NCBI GenBank assembly: GCA_977017575.1 | Contig: CDRNVI010000043.1 | Coordinates: forward strand, 620,001-684,000 | From: Paramoeba atlantica | Taxonomy: Eukaryota; Protista; Discosea | DNA: 64,000 nucleotides | Direction: 5' to 3' | Shown here: piece by piece, positions 10,461 to 21,818 of the stretch | Position numbering within the stretch: position 1 is the stretch's first letter | Layout of the letters: every line of letters begins with the position of its first letter | Position numbers and translations under genes: made by a program | The notes under the pieces: model-generated | The model's input: the letters and a program-made list of their open reading frames with translations, nothing else | Told to the model about the DNA's origin: nothing | Database searches by the model: none

Positions 10461-11419
10461 TATGCCCGCACTTACACCATTGCATAAAGAGAAACGAGTA
10501 CTTTTCTATGAAGAAATGCTTACGTGGCATGACGCGGAACTGTTCAATATCATTGGGACAGATGAAAAGAAGCTCACCTATGGAAAGAGAGGAGGGCAAA
10601 TTACGTACTTCTGCCGCAAAACTGACGCTCCCAAGGAGCAGCGGGGTGAATTGGGTGCACGGCATAGGGGGAATGATCTTATGGTTTGGATGACGGTGAG
10701 CTTTCACCTTCACGTTTTGCCTTCTGTTCGTTCCCTAGGATCGCGGCACACAGTGAAGGGATTTTTTTTGATGAAGCTATGAAGAAGCGTGACGGGCTTC
10801 TCTCGTATCTTAAACTGCACCGTTCTAGTATGAGTTATTGTTTCTAGTATAATGAGTTATTGCGCGCACAATCTGACTAGGACAAGCTTTCAAGAGGCAA
10901 GCTTTCAAGTAGGACAAGCTTTCAAGAGACAAGAATTATTGTCCTTCCTTGGACAGCAAACCACCTGATCTCACGCCTCGTGAAATTTTAAGTTTCACAA
11001 TGGACGACCTCAAAAATGGATTCGTCCCTCGAAATCGTGCAGATTTGTTCGCTGCGATCGAATCAGTGTTTCAAGATATTCAAACGACACATTCTGTTGA
11101 CTCTCGAAACGCTATGATCTTTCGAAAGTGATGCCGCATTGTGATTGAAAAAAGCGGTGGTAATTGCAATTATTTTTATCTCGATTTTTGTCGCATTCGG
11201 GAGCACCTTGTCGAGGGGGCAGCAGCCCTTTGTACCTATTTCGGCAATGTTACATTCATGAGCCCTGGTCTAGAGCTCTCGAATTCGTTACTATTTTTCA
11301 AAATAATCCAAGTTTTACGAATTTTAGACACCTCCACATTCAATTTTACACCCCTGTATGAGGCACGATACATTGTATATCTGATGGTATATCTTTTCTG
11401 TTTTTGATATACATACAAT

Positions 11420-11600
11420 ATGCACATACAATATATCAGGGTTCGCAGAAACTATAATATAGTAAAATATAGTTTTTTTCATTGAATATAGTTACTATAT
11501 AGTACTATATTTTACACCCTGGATGTGGTAATGTGGTAATTTACCACATGTGTGGTAATAGGTGGTAATTACCACATTTCAATTACCCAATTACCACATT
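11420..11600. repeat. Composite repeat (84-bp CAGGGT...ACCCTG mini-element plus GTGGTAAT repeats), inverted relative of 17380-18430
   Basis: CAGGGTTCGCAGAAACTATAA at 11438 is the reverse complement of 18404-18424; ACCAC/GTGGT repeats also at 17380-17420. Confidence 0.55.
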
Positions 11601-12265
11601 CAAAAGCTACCTGAGATTTGACGCACAATCGTCGACGTAACGTGTGGGTAACAGATCGTCTGGGGTTATCGGACGCCATCGCGTAGAATCGCGTGTCGAA
11701 CAGGACGTCATCGCGAAGAAACGCGAGTGTTTACCACGGAGCAGAGTATTTACGTGGAGGAAGATCCTAGTTACAAGAAAAATGAGTCCGGGAGGTAATC
11801 AAATTCATGTACATGAATACCTACATGTTTAGAAAAGTAGGGAAAGTTTATAAATTAATTTAAAAGCATTACGATTAATGATGTGTTTAAAAATATAGCC
11901 TCAATGGCGTGTACGAATAATATGAAAAGTAGCGCGCGTTACAAAATTCAAATTAAGTGTTAGTGCGGGGAAAAAGTATAGCTCTCATGCTTCCTAGAAG
12001 CATCAAACAAATCATGGAAAAAACCCCAAAACAAAAAAATTTGGTGTACACCCCCTAGGCCCATCGGAAGCCTACCCCCCAATTGTATTCCATATAACTA
12101 CCTTTTTATAACTATACTGTATGCTTCAATATAACTAATCTTGAAAAATACAAGCATAATAAGAAACTAAACGTGGTTAGATCACGTGCTGCAGAATTCA
12201 GGGATTTTTTAGGATATAATTTATAAAGAAAATGTAATTCAAACTATATGTCGTGCTCCGATCCG

Positions 12266-15216
12266 CTAGGTTTCATCTTCCCCTTCGCTTTTGTATCCGT
12301 CTTCATTTGTCTGTGTATCGGCTGGAGCTTTACAAAGATAAGTCAATTTATTTAGATTACCTCGAAGAAACATTTGAGTGGCGATTACATCGCTATTAAG
12401 GGAGGCTTGACGCGGGTTATACTTCCATCCCATAATGGAAAGCAGGGAATCACATGCTGTGACGACTGGCGGCACCCACAAGTAGTGACGAGCGGCTTGG
12501 TATATAAACCCCTGGCCAAAATAAGGCACCCCCCTCTAAAAATTCGATGCTTTTGGCATCGAATTTTGCAGATCTCAGTTCGGGATTTATGTCCTCTCAC
12601 ACTTGGTCACTAGTCCTATAGCTATTTATAAAGTGGAAACTATTTACCACTTTTTTACCTTTTCGCCACCTAGTTCGACGCAGGCCTTCAGTCTACGATC
12701 GAAACTTAAGATGGTATCATTTATCATCTCAGGCGGTAAAGAACTCCATGTGTTTAGAATACACCTTTGCAGTTCGGAAACTGTAGATGGTAGCTTTTCA
12801 TTTACGTCTTGTTGTACCATTGACCATATGTTTTCAATGGGAGAAAGATCGGGAGAATTTGGGGGCCAATTTTTTAGTAGATTAATTTTTCGTTTGTTCA
12901 GGTAATTTATGGTGGCCTTGGCCGTATGAGCGGTGGCACCATCTTGTTGAAATATTCTTTTGCGGGGGAAATAAACATGTTTTAGTGTGTCTATGTATGT
13001 TTCGTGGGTAATAGAGGTCCTGCTGGATAAAATTTTTAAGCATCTCCAGTTAATTCCTATAGCACCCCACACCTGACACTTAGGCGCCCAGCGCACCTTT
13101 AGTCTCTTTGCAGGGGTCTCTCCCCTTTATTTTTTTATTTTTTTATTTTTCATGAGCTAAAAACAGCGGGAACGTACAGATCTCAAAATTTTGAACGAAA
13201 ACATGGTATGATAACCCTACCATACCCCCTCATGCAAAAAATAAGGGGGGGTGCCTTATTGGTGGCCAGGGGTTTAGATGGAAAGTTTTCTTTTCCGACA
13301 TCTTCCCACCATTTCCATACGGAGGTGTGCACGGAGGGTTGCCAATCAAAGTTCTTACAATTAATATAAGAGTTCCACTCGTCTTCTGAAATATGAAAAA
13401 GAGGTTCTCCACTCTGAAAAACGTCGTTCGCCACATCAACGCTAATGACGAGGTATTGTGCTGTCGGATGCTTCCTGCTCAAAAAAATGTGCAATGGAGA
13501 AAAACTCATTACTGCGCACCAATAATACGTGTATGCTTTATTTTCAAGTCGCTGTTTATCCTTCTGTAGGGATTTTATTAACTCAGGATTAGCATTTTCC
13601 TTCTCACTTTCAGACTTCAATCGCTGTAAAATTGGATATGGGACCAACGCCATGGGCTCATTAGGCATATCTGACAACTGTTTCAACGACTTATGGACAA
13701 CCTCTAACTGTTTTAATATTTCGCGTGCTTGTCCCATCAAATCTTGGGGGTCGCTTTCTTTTATAATTTCCGCACATTTCTTGATAAAATCCGACGCATT
13801 TCCCGAAGTAACTTCATCATATACAAACCGAGTAATGGTTGGGAGATTTTCTGCAATGTACTGCAAACTTTCGAAGCGGCCGGTACACCATCTGGTAGCT
13901 CCACCCAATTTAGGGGCAGGTACTTTATTTATTCGCTTCGTGCGTTCCACAGCTTCCATGATCAACGGGCCTTTTTCTACTAGTTCAAAGTGCTTTTCCT
14001 CAAAGGTACCATTCCCGCGTAACGTCACAAGAAGAGACTGCACAGGCTCTACACATACATTTTTAATAATTTCAAGAGCGCTGCAAAGATCATTGACATG
14101 AGATGAACGGAATTCATCGGGCATATTGATATCCCCCAGAATTTGGTACCATTGAGAGAACAGTTGCACAGCATCACGGGTTTCTTCATCCACGGAGCAC
14201 AAGATTTCTTCGATCGCACGTCCCATATACTTACCTTTCTTTGCACTCGGTTTTCCTCCTGACCAGAAAATATGCGCAAAGGCATCTCTGAGACACATAA
14301 CGGGTAATGATTGATACGGTACAATAGTATCTCCGGCAATTAGGTTGAGAATGTGTCCGAAGCACGATAATTCTTTCACGCACGGTACAGCCATGCGAAT
14401 CCCATTACACACGTTTGTGACATCCTCAGTCCCGACAGGAGATATTCGATCATAAATATCACGAAGTTCACGCTCCGTGGCCTGTCGTGCAACGTGATTC
14501 ACGCCGCACCCATCGACCATGAAGTAACGAAGCTTTTGAACTCCGTCACCTAGGCCGCTGCGTAGCATACTAACGATAGATTTCGCCATCTCAATCCCAT
14601 TAAACGCTTTGAAACGTTTGTGATAGATTGGAGGCAGAACAAACGAATTGGCTCCTGCGTACAAAACACTGACTAATATGTTTTGATGCTTCACGTTGTC
14701 GATCCCTCCGTCCACAGCTATACCAAAGAAGGCGCTTTCAGAAACCGTCTTGTGGACTAGCTCCCATATTTCGGTAGCCAGGCCTTTCTCGGAGAGGTGG
14801 AATTTTTTAGCGCACGGTAGCTTCGAAATAATTTGGTCCGGGGAAATGTCAGGGCATGCTCCTTCGTATGCACTTACGAACTTGAGAAGGCCCTCGGTAG
14901 ATAAATTTGCCTGTGCTCCGAGGCACGGCAATGCTTTCGAAAGAAAAGTTTGAGCCGTGAGGTTAGTTTTTGGCGATTCATGGGCGCATCCTTGTCGTTG
15001 TTTCTTCAGTGCTTTGCAAGATTCATTTTTGTGGGTGTAGTATGTTTGCTTACACCTACTGTGAAGGGTAATGCCACACGAGCGACACACCGCATGTCGT
15101 CTTCGATTTGCGGAGTCTTTCAAGAAGGATGCCGACCCTTGTATATAAAGATACAGTTTCTGTACCTTGTTGGTACATTTTGCTAGCCCTTCCTTTCTTT
15201 TCCCGGAAACGAGCAT
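12266..15216 (-). mobile_element. hAT-family transposase, interrupted once by a Tc1-type insertion
   Basis: BED-like CRSC...H, GIAVDG, FMVDG, CFGHILNL, GATRW; dimerisation domain split as WWEDVGKENFPS | IYQAARHYLWVPP...SLNSDVIATQMFLRGN. Confidence 0.88.
12507..13274 (-). mobile_element. Internally deleted Tc1-type element (DD35E C-terminal half)
   Basis: TIRs AACCCCTGGCCA..ATAAGGCACCCCCC, TA TSD at 12505-6 and 13275-6; ORF 12644-13096 with QQDGATAH and WPPNSPDLSPIE. Confidence 0.9.
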
Positions 15217-15250
15217 ACATTTTCCTTTTAAATGCCCGTTTCCGGCTGAC
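15134..15250 (+). ncRNA. Spliced-leader RNA gene-like copy 2
   Basis: 15147-15172 identical to the 26-nt core of copy 1, followed by GTACAT; stem 15203-15216/15232-15245; flanking homology to 5400-6010 (inverted) over about 600 bp. Confidence 0.75.
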
Positions 15251-15321
15251 GGCTATCAGGGACTGTCCCTCTTTGTCGTGGAAGTAGGGGACGTACTTCC
15301 GACTTTTCACCCCTCCCCGGC

Positions 15322-16137
15322 TCACTCCTTGAGTGAGTTTTCTTCCCTCCCCGGCTTTCTTCTTCTCGCGCCTGTCTCTTCCCGGGAGCTATGCGCCATG
15401 GTGGCCTCCCTTGAGGACCACTGGGCGTGACTCTGCCTCGCATTATCGCGAGGCAGCGGTCGGTTGCAGTGCGCCCCTCCGGCTGCGTAAAGAGGTGGTG
15501 AGTTGCCTGGACCACCTCTACCGACTGGGACCGAGTCGGTTGCAGTACGCCCCTCCGGCTGCGTAAAGAGAGGGCGAGTTGCCTGGACCCCCTCTACCAA
15601 CCGAGTCCGTGTCGAACCCCCTTTGGCGACATCCGTTGTGGGCGGATTATGTGCCGATGATATCGGCCGTCGCATTAAGAGGATTATCTCTGCGCCAAAG
15701 AGCGCATGATAAACAAACATATGCTCCATTTCCTTAATGCACAGCTTTGAAGGCAAACTCCCGTTTGGCTTGAAAGAGCATAACTCATAGTAGAAAAAGT
15801 TGGATAGGTCTTCATACTTCAGCGGATCCTCCACGTTTCCTGAACGCCGGTCCTTCTTCTTAAGTGCAGTGTTCAGCGGGGATTCCTGGAGAATTGAGAG
15901 GCTGAGCTGGCTGGGCCCTTCCACAATGCGTTGAGCAACTGCATCGGAAAGTTCTTTGGATTTTGACCGAGTTCTGCTTTTCTTCGGCGGTAAATCTGCA
16001 AAATTGAGCTGATCTGTTTTGCTCTGAGAGCTCCGACAAACTGTGCCATCGACCGTATCTTGTACAGGCTCCGGGGTATGACTGGTATGTTGAGATAGGG
16101 TGTCATCGTGGGAGCTCCGGCTGCCAGGAGAGTACAT
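15322..16137 (-). CDS. Hypothetical ORF within the SL-associated repeat; coding status doubtful
   Basis: 271-aa ORF with no recognised motif; its 3' half runs through internal repeats. Confidence 0.2.
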   Translation of the reverse strand: MYSPGSRSSHDDTLSQHTSHTPEPVQDTVDGTVCRSSQSKTDQLNFADLPPKKSRTRSKSKELSDAVAQRIVEGPSQLSLSILQESPLNTALKKKDRRSGNVEDPLKYEDLSNFFYYELCSFKPNGSLPSKLCIKEMEHMFVYHALFGAEIILLMRRPISSAHNPPTTDVAKGGSTRTRLVEGVQATRPLFTQPEGRTATDSVPVGRGGPGNSPPLYAAGGAHCNRPLPRDNARQSHAQWSSREATMAHSSREETGARRRKPGREENSLKE

Positions 16138-16181
16138 AGAAGGGGGTCCATTCCCTTGCGAGGTGGAAGAAATTATATTAA

Positions 16182-17103
16182 ACCCCCCACAGCGAATAAA
16201 TCACCCCCCTCTTTTTTTGTACAACGAGGCTTAGGGGAGTTGCGGCACCGCTTTTTCGTTCAAAATTTTGAGATCTGCACGTGCCCCCTGTTTTTAGACC
16301 TCTTCACAGATAACAAATTAAACCTCATTTTTTTAATGACGTTTTTACATAGTCATGCCTATATTACCCGAAAAATCTCATGTTCCTCGACCAGGGGGGG
16401 AGAAGGGGGTCAACATGAAAATGGTGTCACAGATCTTCGCTAGGGGAACGAGATCTCTCGATTGCAACAAAAATGATTAAAAACAGAAAACAAACATTGA
16501 ATTTGTCACGTGGTGGAATATCTGGCCTTGATTGGTTCTTTCTTGAAACGGTGATAAATCAACTTTTTTAAGCTGTCCCCTTTACTTTTTGCTTGAAGGG
16601 GCCTAGGGGGGTTAAGATATCATTTTCTCGTTCAAAATTCTGAGATCTACACGTTCCCACCATTTTTAGATCATTTTAGAAACTGAAAAAGAAAAATATT
16701 TTTAGGTTCTATTTTTTTGCATCGTCATACCACACTAATTTAAGAAAACAAACACTCCGCGGCCAGGGGGCACAAGTGGGTCAATATTAAAAAATAGCGG
16801 CAAAGATCTTTGCTAGGAGAACGAGATCTCTCGTTCGCAACAAAAGTCAGCAAAAACGGACAAAAATAATTGAATTTCTCATGGGAGACGAATATTTATT
16901 TTGTTAAAGTGTGAGAAATTGGTCTCTTGAAAAATGTGAAGAAAGTGATAATCCATCTACCGGATGCACGCATTTGAGAGCCTTGGTTCCATGCTATAAC
17001 GCGCAAAGTCTTTGTGTTGGGAACAGCAAAATGCAACAAAAATGAGCTCAAACGGACACTTGGCTGATAAGTTAGAGGGGAGTGACTTTTCGCTGTGGGG
17101 GGT
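16182..17103. mobile_element. MITE with TTAA target duplication (piggyBac/Kolobok-type)
   Basis: TTAA|ACCCCCCACAGCGAA...TTCGCTGTGGGGGGT|TTAA; internal direct duplication of about 260 bp (16250-16510 vs 16620-16880). Confidence 0.78.
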
Positions 17104-17419
17104 TTAATTTGGTTATCAGGGATTGCGGATGGCCGATGGGGAGGCCTCGGAATGCGTACTGGTATGTTTGCGACGGGCGGTCGTCCTCTCATCAATTAGA
17201 ATTTCTCGGAGGAATAAAATAATGTTAAACAGCAGTCTAAAGAAAATGTCATAGCGTGTAGAACAGACCAGTAATTACGTCGCATAGCATATGCATTGTT
17301 GTTTAAAGACATTTCTTGAACTATGTATCGATATCATAGGGAATATTTTTCTATGCTGGAGTAGCCAGTAAAATGTGGTATTAGGTGGTAATAGGTGATA
17401 AATTACCACCTATTACCCA

Positions 17420-18424
17420 CCAGGGTATGATATTTACTATATTTTACTATAAAACTATAAAAAAACTATAAAGTTTTTTTCACTTTACAAGTGATATTTT
17501 TTGAGTCCTCTCCGCTTGTGAAGGACATACACACGCCTCTACATGCGTTCTTACACGCTTACATACGTATAATATGACAAGAAATTCTGAAAAAAATATA
17601 ACCCAAGCTAAAGTGGACGAAGGAGATACTAAAAGCACCTTTGGCAAACCACCATAAAAATGGAAGGGTATGTCCCTTAAAGATTCTTTTGGCACGTCGG
17701 AATCCTTTACAAACCGGGAGATCATTCCATTTTTGTGGTGGTTTAAAGGTGCTTTTAGAACCTCCCTCGTCCACTTTATCCTGGGTTACATAGCTATCGA
17801 AACATCCTCCCTCTTCCCCGCGATTCCATCACCGCCGAAAAATATCATCAACTAGCGTGTCATCTCCTCGGAAATAGCAATGAAACGCATGCGAAAGGAG
17901 TGACGATAGGAAGTACAAACTCTCCACTCGACAACACACCGCGTAATTTATTCAGACTCACATGATTGTATTTATTCAAACTCATAGAATTGTGAGCAGC
18001 AGTTGTTCAGTCCCAAGACATAACTTCGGTGGCTCCAGCCAACGCGCGGCGACAGCGATGCAGTGAGAAGATGTTCGGGACGCAAGATTCGCACAATGCA
18101 ATCTGTCAAGGCCACGCGATGGGACTGGGGTACGTCCCCTCCTGACACAAGTTACATTCAACCGCTTGTTTACTTCCCTCCGTGTGCAGCAGTTCAATAA
18201 AATAATCTTTGCAGAAACTACCCCTCGTAACTTTAATTTCGGGCATCAATTTTCGGGTTTAAAAATAAGAAAAATCGTACACAAATGAATTCGCCGTGTA
18301 TTTATGGCGTATTGGTGAGCTTCGGAGTGCTTAAAATGTGAAACAAAAAAATATAGTTTTTTATAGTTTTCGAAAAAAGTTTATAGTAACTATATTGATA
18401 GTTTTATAGTTTCTGCGAACCCTG
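17420..18424. mobile_element. Putative non-autonomous element with CAGGGT...ACCCTG ends
   Basis: Terminal hexamers plus ACTATA subterminal repeats; no TSD found; contains a 190-bp palindrome. Confidence 0.45.
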
Positions 18425-18544
18425 CAATATATTTAAGTTCTGGTTGCGCTTTCTTGACCAATTGTTTTTTAGAAAAGTATTGGAGTCATCGTATTCAAAA
18501 ATTGAAGAGCATCAGGCCTTTTGCTTTGTATGATTACAATCGCT

Positions 18545-19279
18545 TCATGTGTGTACGTTGCAAGTTAATCTCCAATAGTACCAAAAAAGAATAGGAGCTT
18601 GAACCGCAGCGATACTGTACACGAAACCAGTGGGGTGATTGTTTGAAAAATTTGTCGCCCTGAAATGCTCTTGAAGTGTGCGAAACATATAGAAAATCCC
18701 GCAGATTGTAGTCCAAATCAGGAGGACAATGATAAACATAGTGTTGCGCAACACAAAGTGAGAGAGCAGCAATACACACACAAGTGCTTGTTTATGCCCA
18801 CACCAGGAAACTAAGTCTAGCCAATTAAAGGGACGCTCTGCGAAAGTATAACTTGAGATTTTGATAATGATCACCTCGAGTAACACGTAAAACCCAATCA
18901 TGAGTATGTTGTAATGCAGTAAGTCTGGCCGAGGTTCACTGGTGGCAAGGGAAAGAAAACTAGCAAGAATCGAGTGTGTCATCGTTGCCATAAGAGGGAA
19001 ATACAAATCTGGCAGTCTTTGGCGCTCAGAATCCAGGGAGTAGATTAGCTCATCACGCTCCGTAGAAAACACGAAAGGAAGGAAAAGGCGTTGCATGGTT
19101 TTTAGTACCTCCGTGTCAGTGGTCTGGAAGTAAGGACGTAGCGCCGCGATAGGTGTAAAGAGACTTCGCTGAGTTTCCTCGGGGGCCTTTGACAAGATTT
19201 TCTTGCCGTACTCCATTCCTAAGTGCATCATCGTGGGATTTATGTCCGGAAATGCCCCCTCTGTCGAAGCGGCATTCAT
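18545..19279 (-). CDS. YIF1: YIF1 (Yip1-domain ER-Golgi membrane protein)
   Basis: LRPYF...LFLPF and PDLYFPLMA motifs, five hydrophobic segments. Confidence 0.85.
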   Translation of the reverse strand: MNAASTEGAFPDINPTMMHLGMEYGKKILSKAPEETQRSLFTPIAALRPYFQTTDTEVLKTMQRLFLPFVFSTERDELIYSLDSERQRLPDLYFPLMATMTHSILASFLSLATSEPRPDLLHYNILMIGFYVLLEVIIIKISSYTFAERPFNWLDLVSWCGHKQALVCVLLLSHFVLRNTMFIIVLLIWTTICGIFYMFRTLQEHFRATNFSNNHPTGFVYSIAAVQAPILFWYYWRLTCNVHT

Positions 19280-19467
19280 AGACGTGTGAATGATATGAAA
19301 ATATCGGATGAGATAATTTATCAACTGAAAATAATGAAAACTTGGATTTAGATAAAAGCATAGAGGTAGATTATCTACCTCTTGCTACGATATTCCCCGG
19401 AACACACGTACAGGGGCATCCCATGAAACGATTCTTCATTTAGGATAAAATCATTTAGGATACTGAC

Positions 19468-20286
19468 TCACGTTTCCTCTGTTATGTGACGCAGATACCA
19501 TGGCGACCAAAGTTTACGTTCGTCTTCAGGTATTGAGTTGTACGAAAGTCGAGGAGCACTCATGCTCTTGTTTTTCAGCATGTTACACGCGAGCAGATCT
19601 TCCTCCTGAGTTTGAAATGATGTCTTTGGATACAGTTCATTCAGCAATAAATTGATTTCTCTGTCGCTAAGTTGGCTCAGATGATCTTCCTCTTGATCAT
19701 CGCTTTCAGAGCAGTATTCGTCTTCCTCTTCATTGTTAACGGAAGTAGTATAAGGGTTGAATTCTGATTTTGAATCATCTTGCGACATTAATTTATCAGG
19801 GTGTTCTCCATTATCAGTTAACCAATTTGGAAAGTTTTGATTGTCAAGTTTCCCTCGCAACTCTTGAAGAAATATCGTTTGTGCTAGAACATCCGCACTG
19901 CTTGTGTCCAACGCATCTGATTCAGGGGAGGATTCATACCCATCAAGTATCCCCTTTTTTAATGTCTGGTGTCTCAGGTCTGAATCGTAGCGGTGCAAGT
20001 CAGGGCTAAGGTGATTTAGAGAATTGCTTTTTAATCCCCATCTTCGGTAGTGATAATCTCGAATCGATTCGTGTATCTCCTGTCTTTTCGACACATCAAA
20101 GAGATATGATGTCGCACGACTTCTTTGCTCATGAAGGTAACGATGTTTCCAGTCTCGGCCTTCTTCCCCACTTTGCCACTGAGACCTGTACAAAAGAACT
20201 CGAGTAGAGTATAAGGCTCTCTGTGAATTCCAGACAGGATTTGTGACTCCTCTAGTTGAGGAAGTAAGGCGCATACAAGTTTTCAT
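19468..20286 (-). CDS. Hypothetical protein, possibly mitochondrion-targeted
   Basis: 272-aa ATG ORF co-oriented with neighbours; Arg/Ser-rich N-terminus. Confidence 0.7.
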   Translation of the reverse strand: MKTCMRLTSSTRGVTNPVWNSQRALYSTRVLLYRSQWQSGEEGRDWKHRYLHEQRSRATSYLFDVSKRQEIHESIRDYHYRRWGLKSNSLNHLSPDLHRYDSDLRHQTLKKGILDGYESSPESDALDTSSADVLAQTIFLQELRGKLDNQNFPNWLTDNGEHPDKLMSQDDSKSEFNPYTTSVNNEEEDEYCSESDDQEEDHLSQLSDREINLLLNELYPKTSFQTQEEDLLACNMLKNKSMSAPRLSYNSIPEDERKLWSPWYLRHITEET

Positions 20287-20417
20287 ACAAAAAAGTGTAC
20301 GTTAAATACCGAAAAAATGGCGTAGATCGGTATAAATTAAATTCAGTTTACCATGTTCTTTACATTTTTTCTAAATCCAAAGAAATAAAAAGAAACCATA
20401 GTTGGTCGGTATTTTAA

Positions 20418-21425
20418 TCACTGTTCAAGCGTCTCTATGTCCGCAAGAACCGATTTTGCCATTTCATCTATGTACTTCTGCGTTTCCACGCTGCGATGGG
20501 AGGTTTTATCTGCAACATCAGTGGACTCCCTCACAAAATCTCCCATGCTCATTCCTCGTTCCGACGCACGCATCATTTCGTACTCAAGTGGAATACTGCC
20601 TATGAGCTTGGTTCCGAATTCATTAACGAGACTTTGAATGGTATTTTCAGACTGCTGAGATGTCACATTGGTACAGTCGACACTTTGGTCCGTCGTAGGT
20701 CTCGGAAGTATGCTTGACTCTTTTCCACAGTTCGGACAGTGAAAACTGGTCATGTTCTCAATCACTCCTAAAATAGGAAGCTTTACTTTCTCACAGAAAG
20801 CCATTTCACGGCGAACATCCACAATACTCAACACTTGGGGAGTTGTCACAATAAGGGCACCTGAAACCGAAGAAATCTCTTTAAGCATGGAGACAATACT
20901 AATGTGTTCGTCTGAAGTCCCCGGTGGGGTATCCACTAAGAGAATGTCCAGATTACCCCAATTGACTTCCGCAAGAAAGTTGCGAATCAAACTATTCTTC
21001 TTAGGTCCACGCCATATCACGGCATCCTGGTTGTCCTTTAATAGCAGACGTGTACTCATGACCACAACATTGTCATTTATAGCTACCGGCTCCCAGCCTT
21101 CATTGGAGCGATACACTTCATCATTTTCGCATCCCGTCATGCGAGGCAGAGAAGGACCGCAGATATCCGTATCCAGAAGCCCAACATTCAGACCCATGCG
21201 ACCAAAGGCAAAGCCTAATTCCTTTGTCACTGTACTTTTCCCCACGCCTCCCTTCCCACTGAGTATGAGTACAATGTGTTTAATAGAACGTAGCCGTTGG
21301 TTCAATAATTTGTCTTCCTCCTTGTCTTTGCGAAAGGCTCCGGATGAACACTGTGATTGACTGGGGCAACCTTCACACGTAGGGGCACTACCTGCACTCT
21401 CGCTTTCAGGTCCGACACAATGCAT
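20418..21425 (-). CDS. NBP35: Cytosolic Fe-S cluster assembly factor NBP35/NUBP1
   Basis: N-terminal C-x13-C-x2-C-x5-C, SGKGGVGKST, DTPPGTSDEH, CPNC. Confidence 0.95.
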   Translation of the reverse strand: MHCVGPESESAGSAPTCEGCPSQSQCSSGAFRKDKEEDKLLNQRLRSIKHIVLILSGKGGVGKSTVTKELGFAFGRMGLNVGLLDTDICGPSLPRMTGCENDEVYRSNEGWEPVAINDNVVVMSTRLLLKDNQDAVIWRGPKKNSLIRNFLAEVNWGNLDILLVDTPPGTSDEHISIVSMLKEISSVSGALIVTTPQVLSIVDVRREMAFCEKVKLPILGVIENMTSFHCPNCGKESSILPRPTTDQSVDCTNVTSQQSENTIQSLVNEFGTKLIGSIPLEYEMMRASERGMSMGDFVRESTDVADKTSHRSVETQKYIDEMAKSVLADIETLEQ

Positions 21426-21818
21426 AAAAAAAATCTGTTCGATTATGTGGCAGCAGAAAGACCAAAAGTTAGAAAAAATGAATTATAATGACACTTGATT
21501 TCGCTAGAAGAGAAAATCAAAGGAATCTTCCAAGAACGTAAACATCTTCATAAAAAACTTGTCCAACTTTCTCTGCTAGTACACTAACAAATAAAATATT
21601 TGCGTAGAAATTAAATGTGAAAATGATCATTGGGCTATTGAAAATTTAAGCTTTCGTATAATTTTATTGCTTATACAATGCTAGCTTTGTGTTACATGTA
21701 GCTAGCGTGTGCTCATGATACGGTGATTATAAACTTCAACTGCTTTCTCCCGTCTGAAAATACAATATGTCAATCATATGAACAAGAAAAATATGACCTT
21801 GTAGTGCTGAGTTTGACA

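Larger units (their letters stand above)
3917..11356 (+). mobile_element. Tc1/mariner element (about 1.5 kb after removing nested inserts), decayed
   Basis: TA|CAGGG at 3917 and CCCCTG|TA at 11356 with about 110-bp imperfect TIRs; N-terminal part at 4245-4503; catalytic part at 10462-11130 (PALTPLHKEKR, IIGTDEKK, MVW, degenerate SKPPDLTPRE). Confidence 0.8.
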
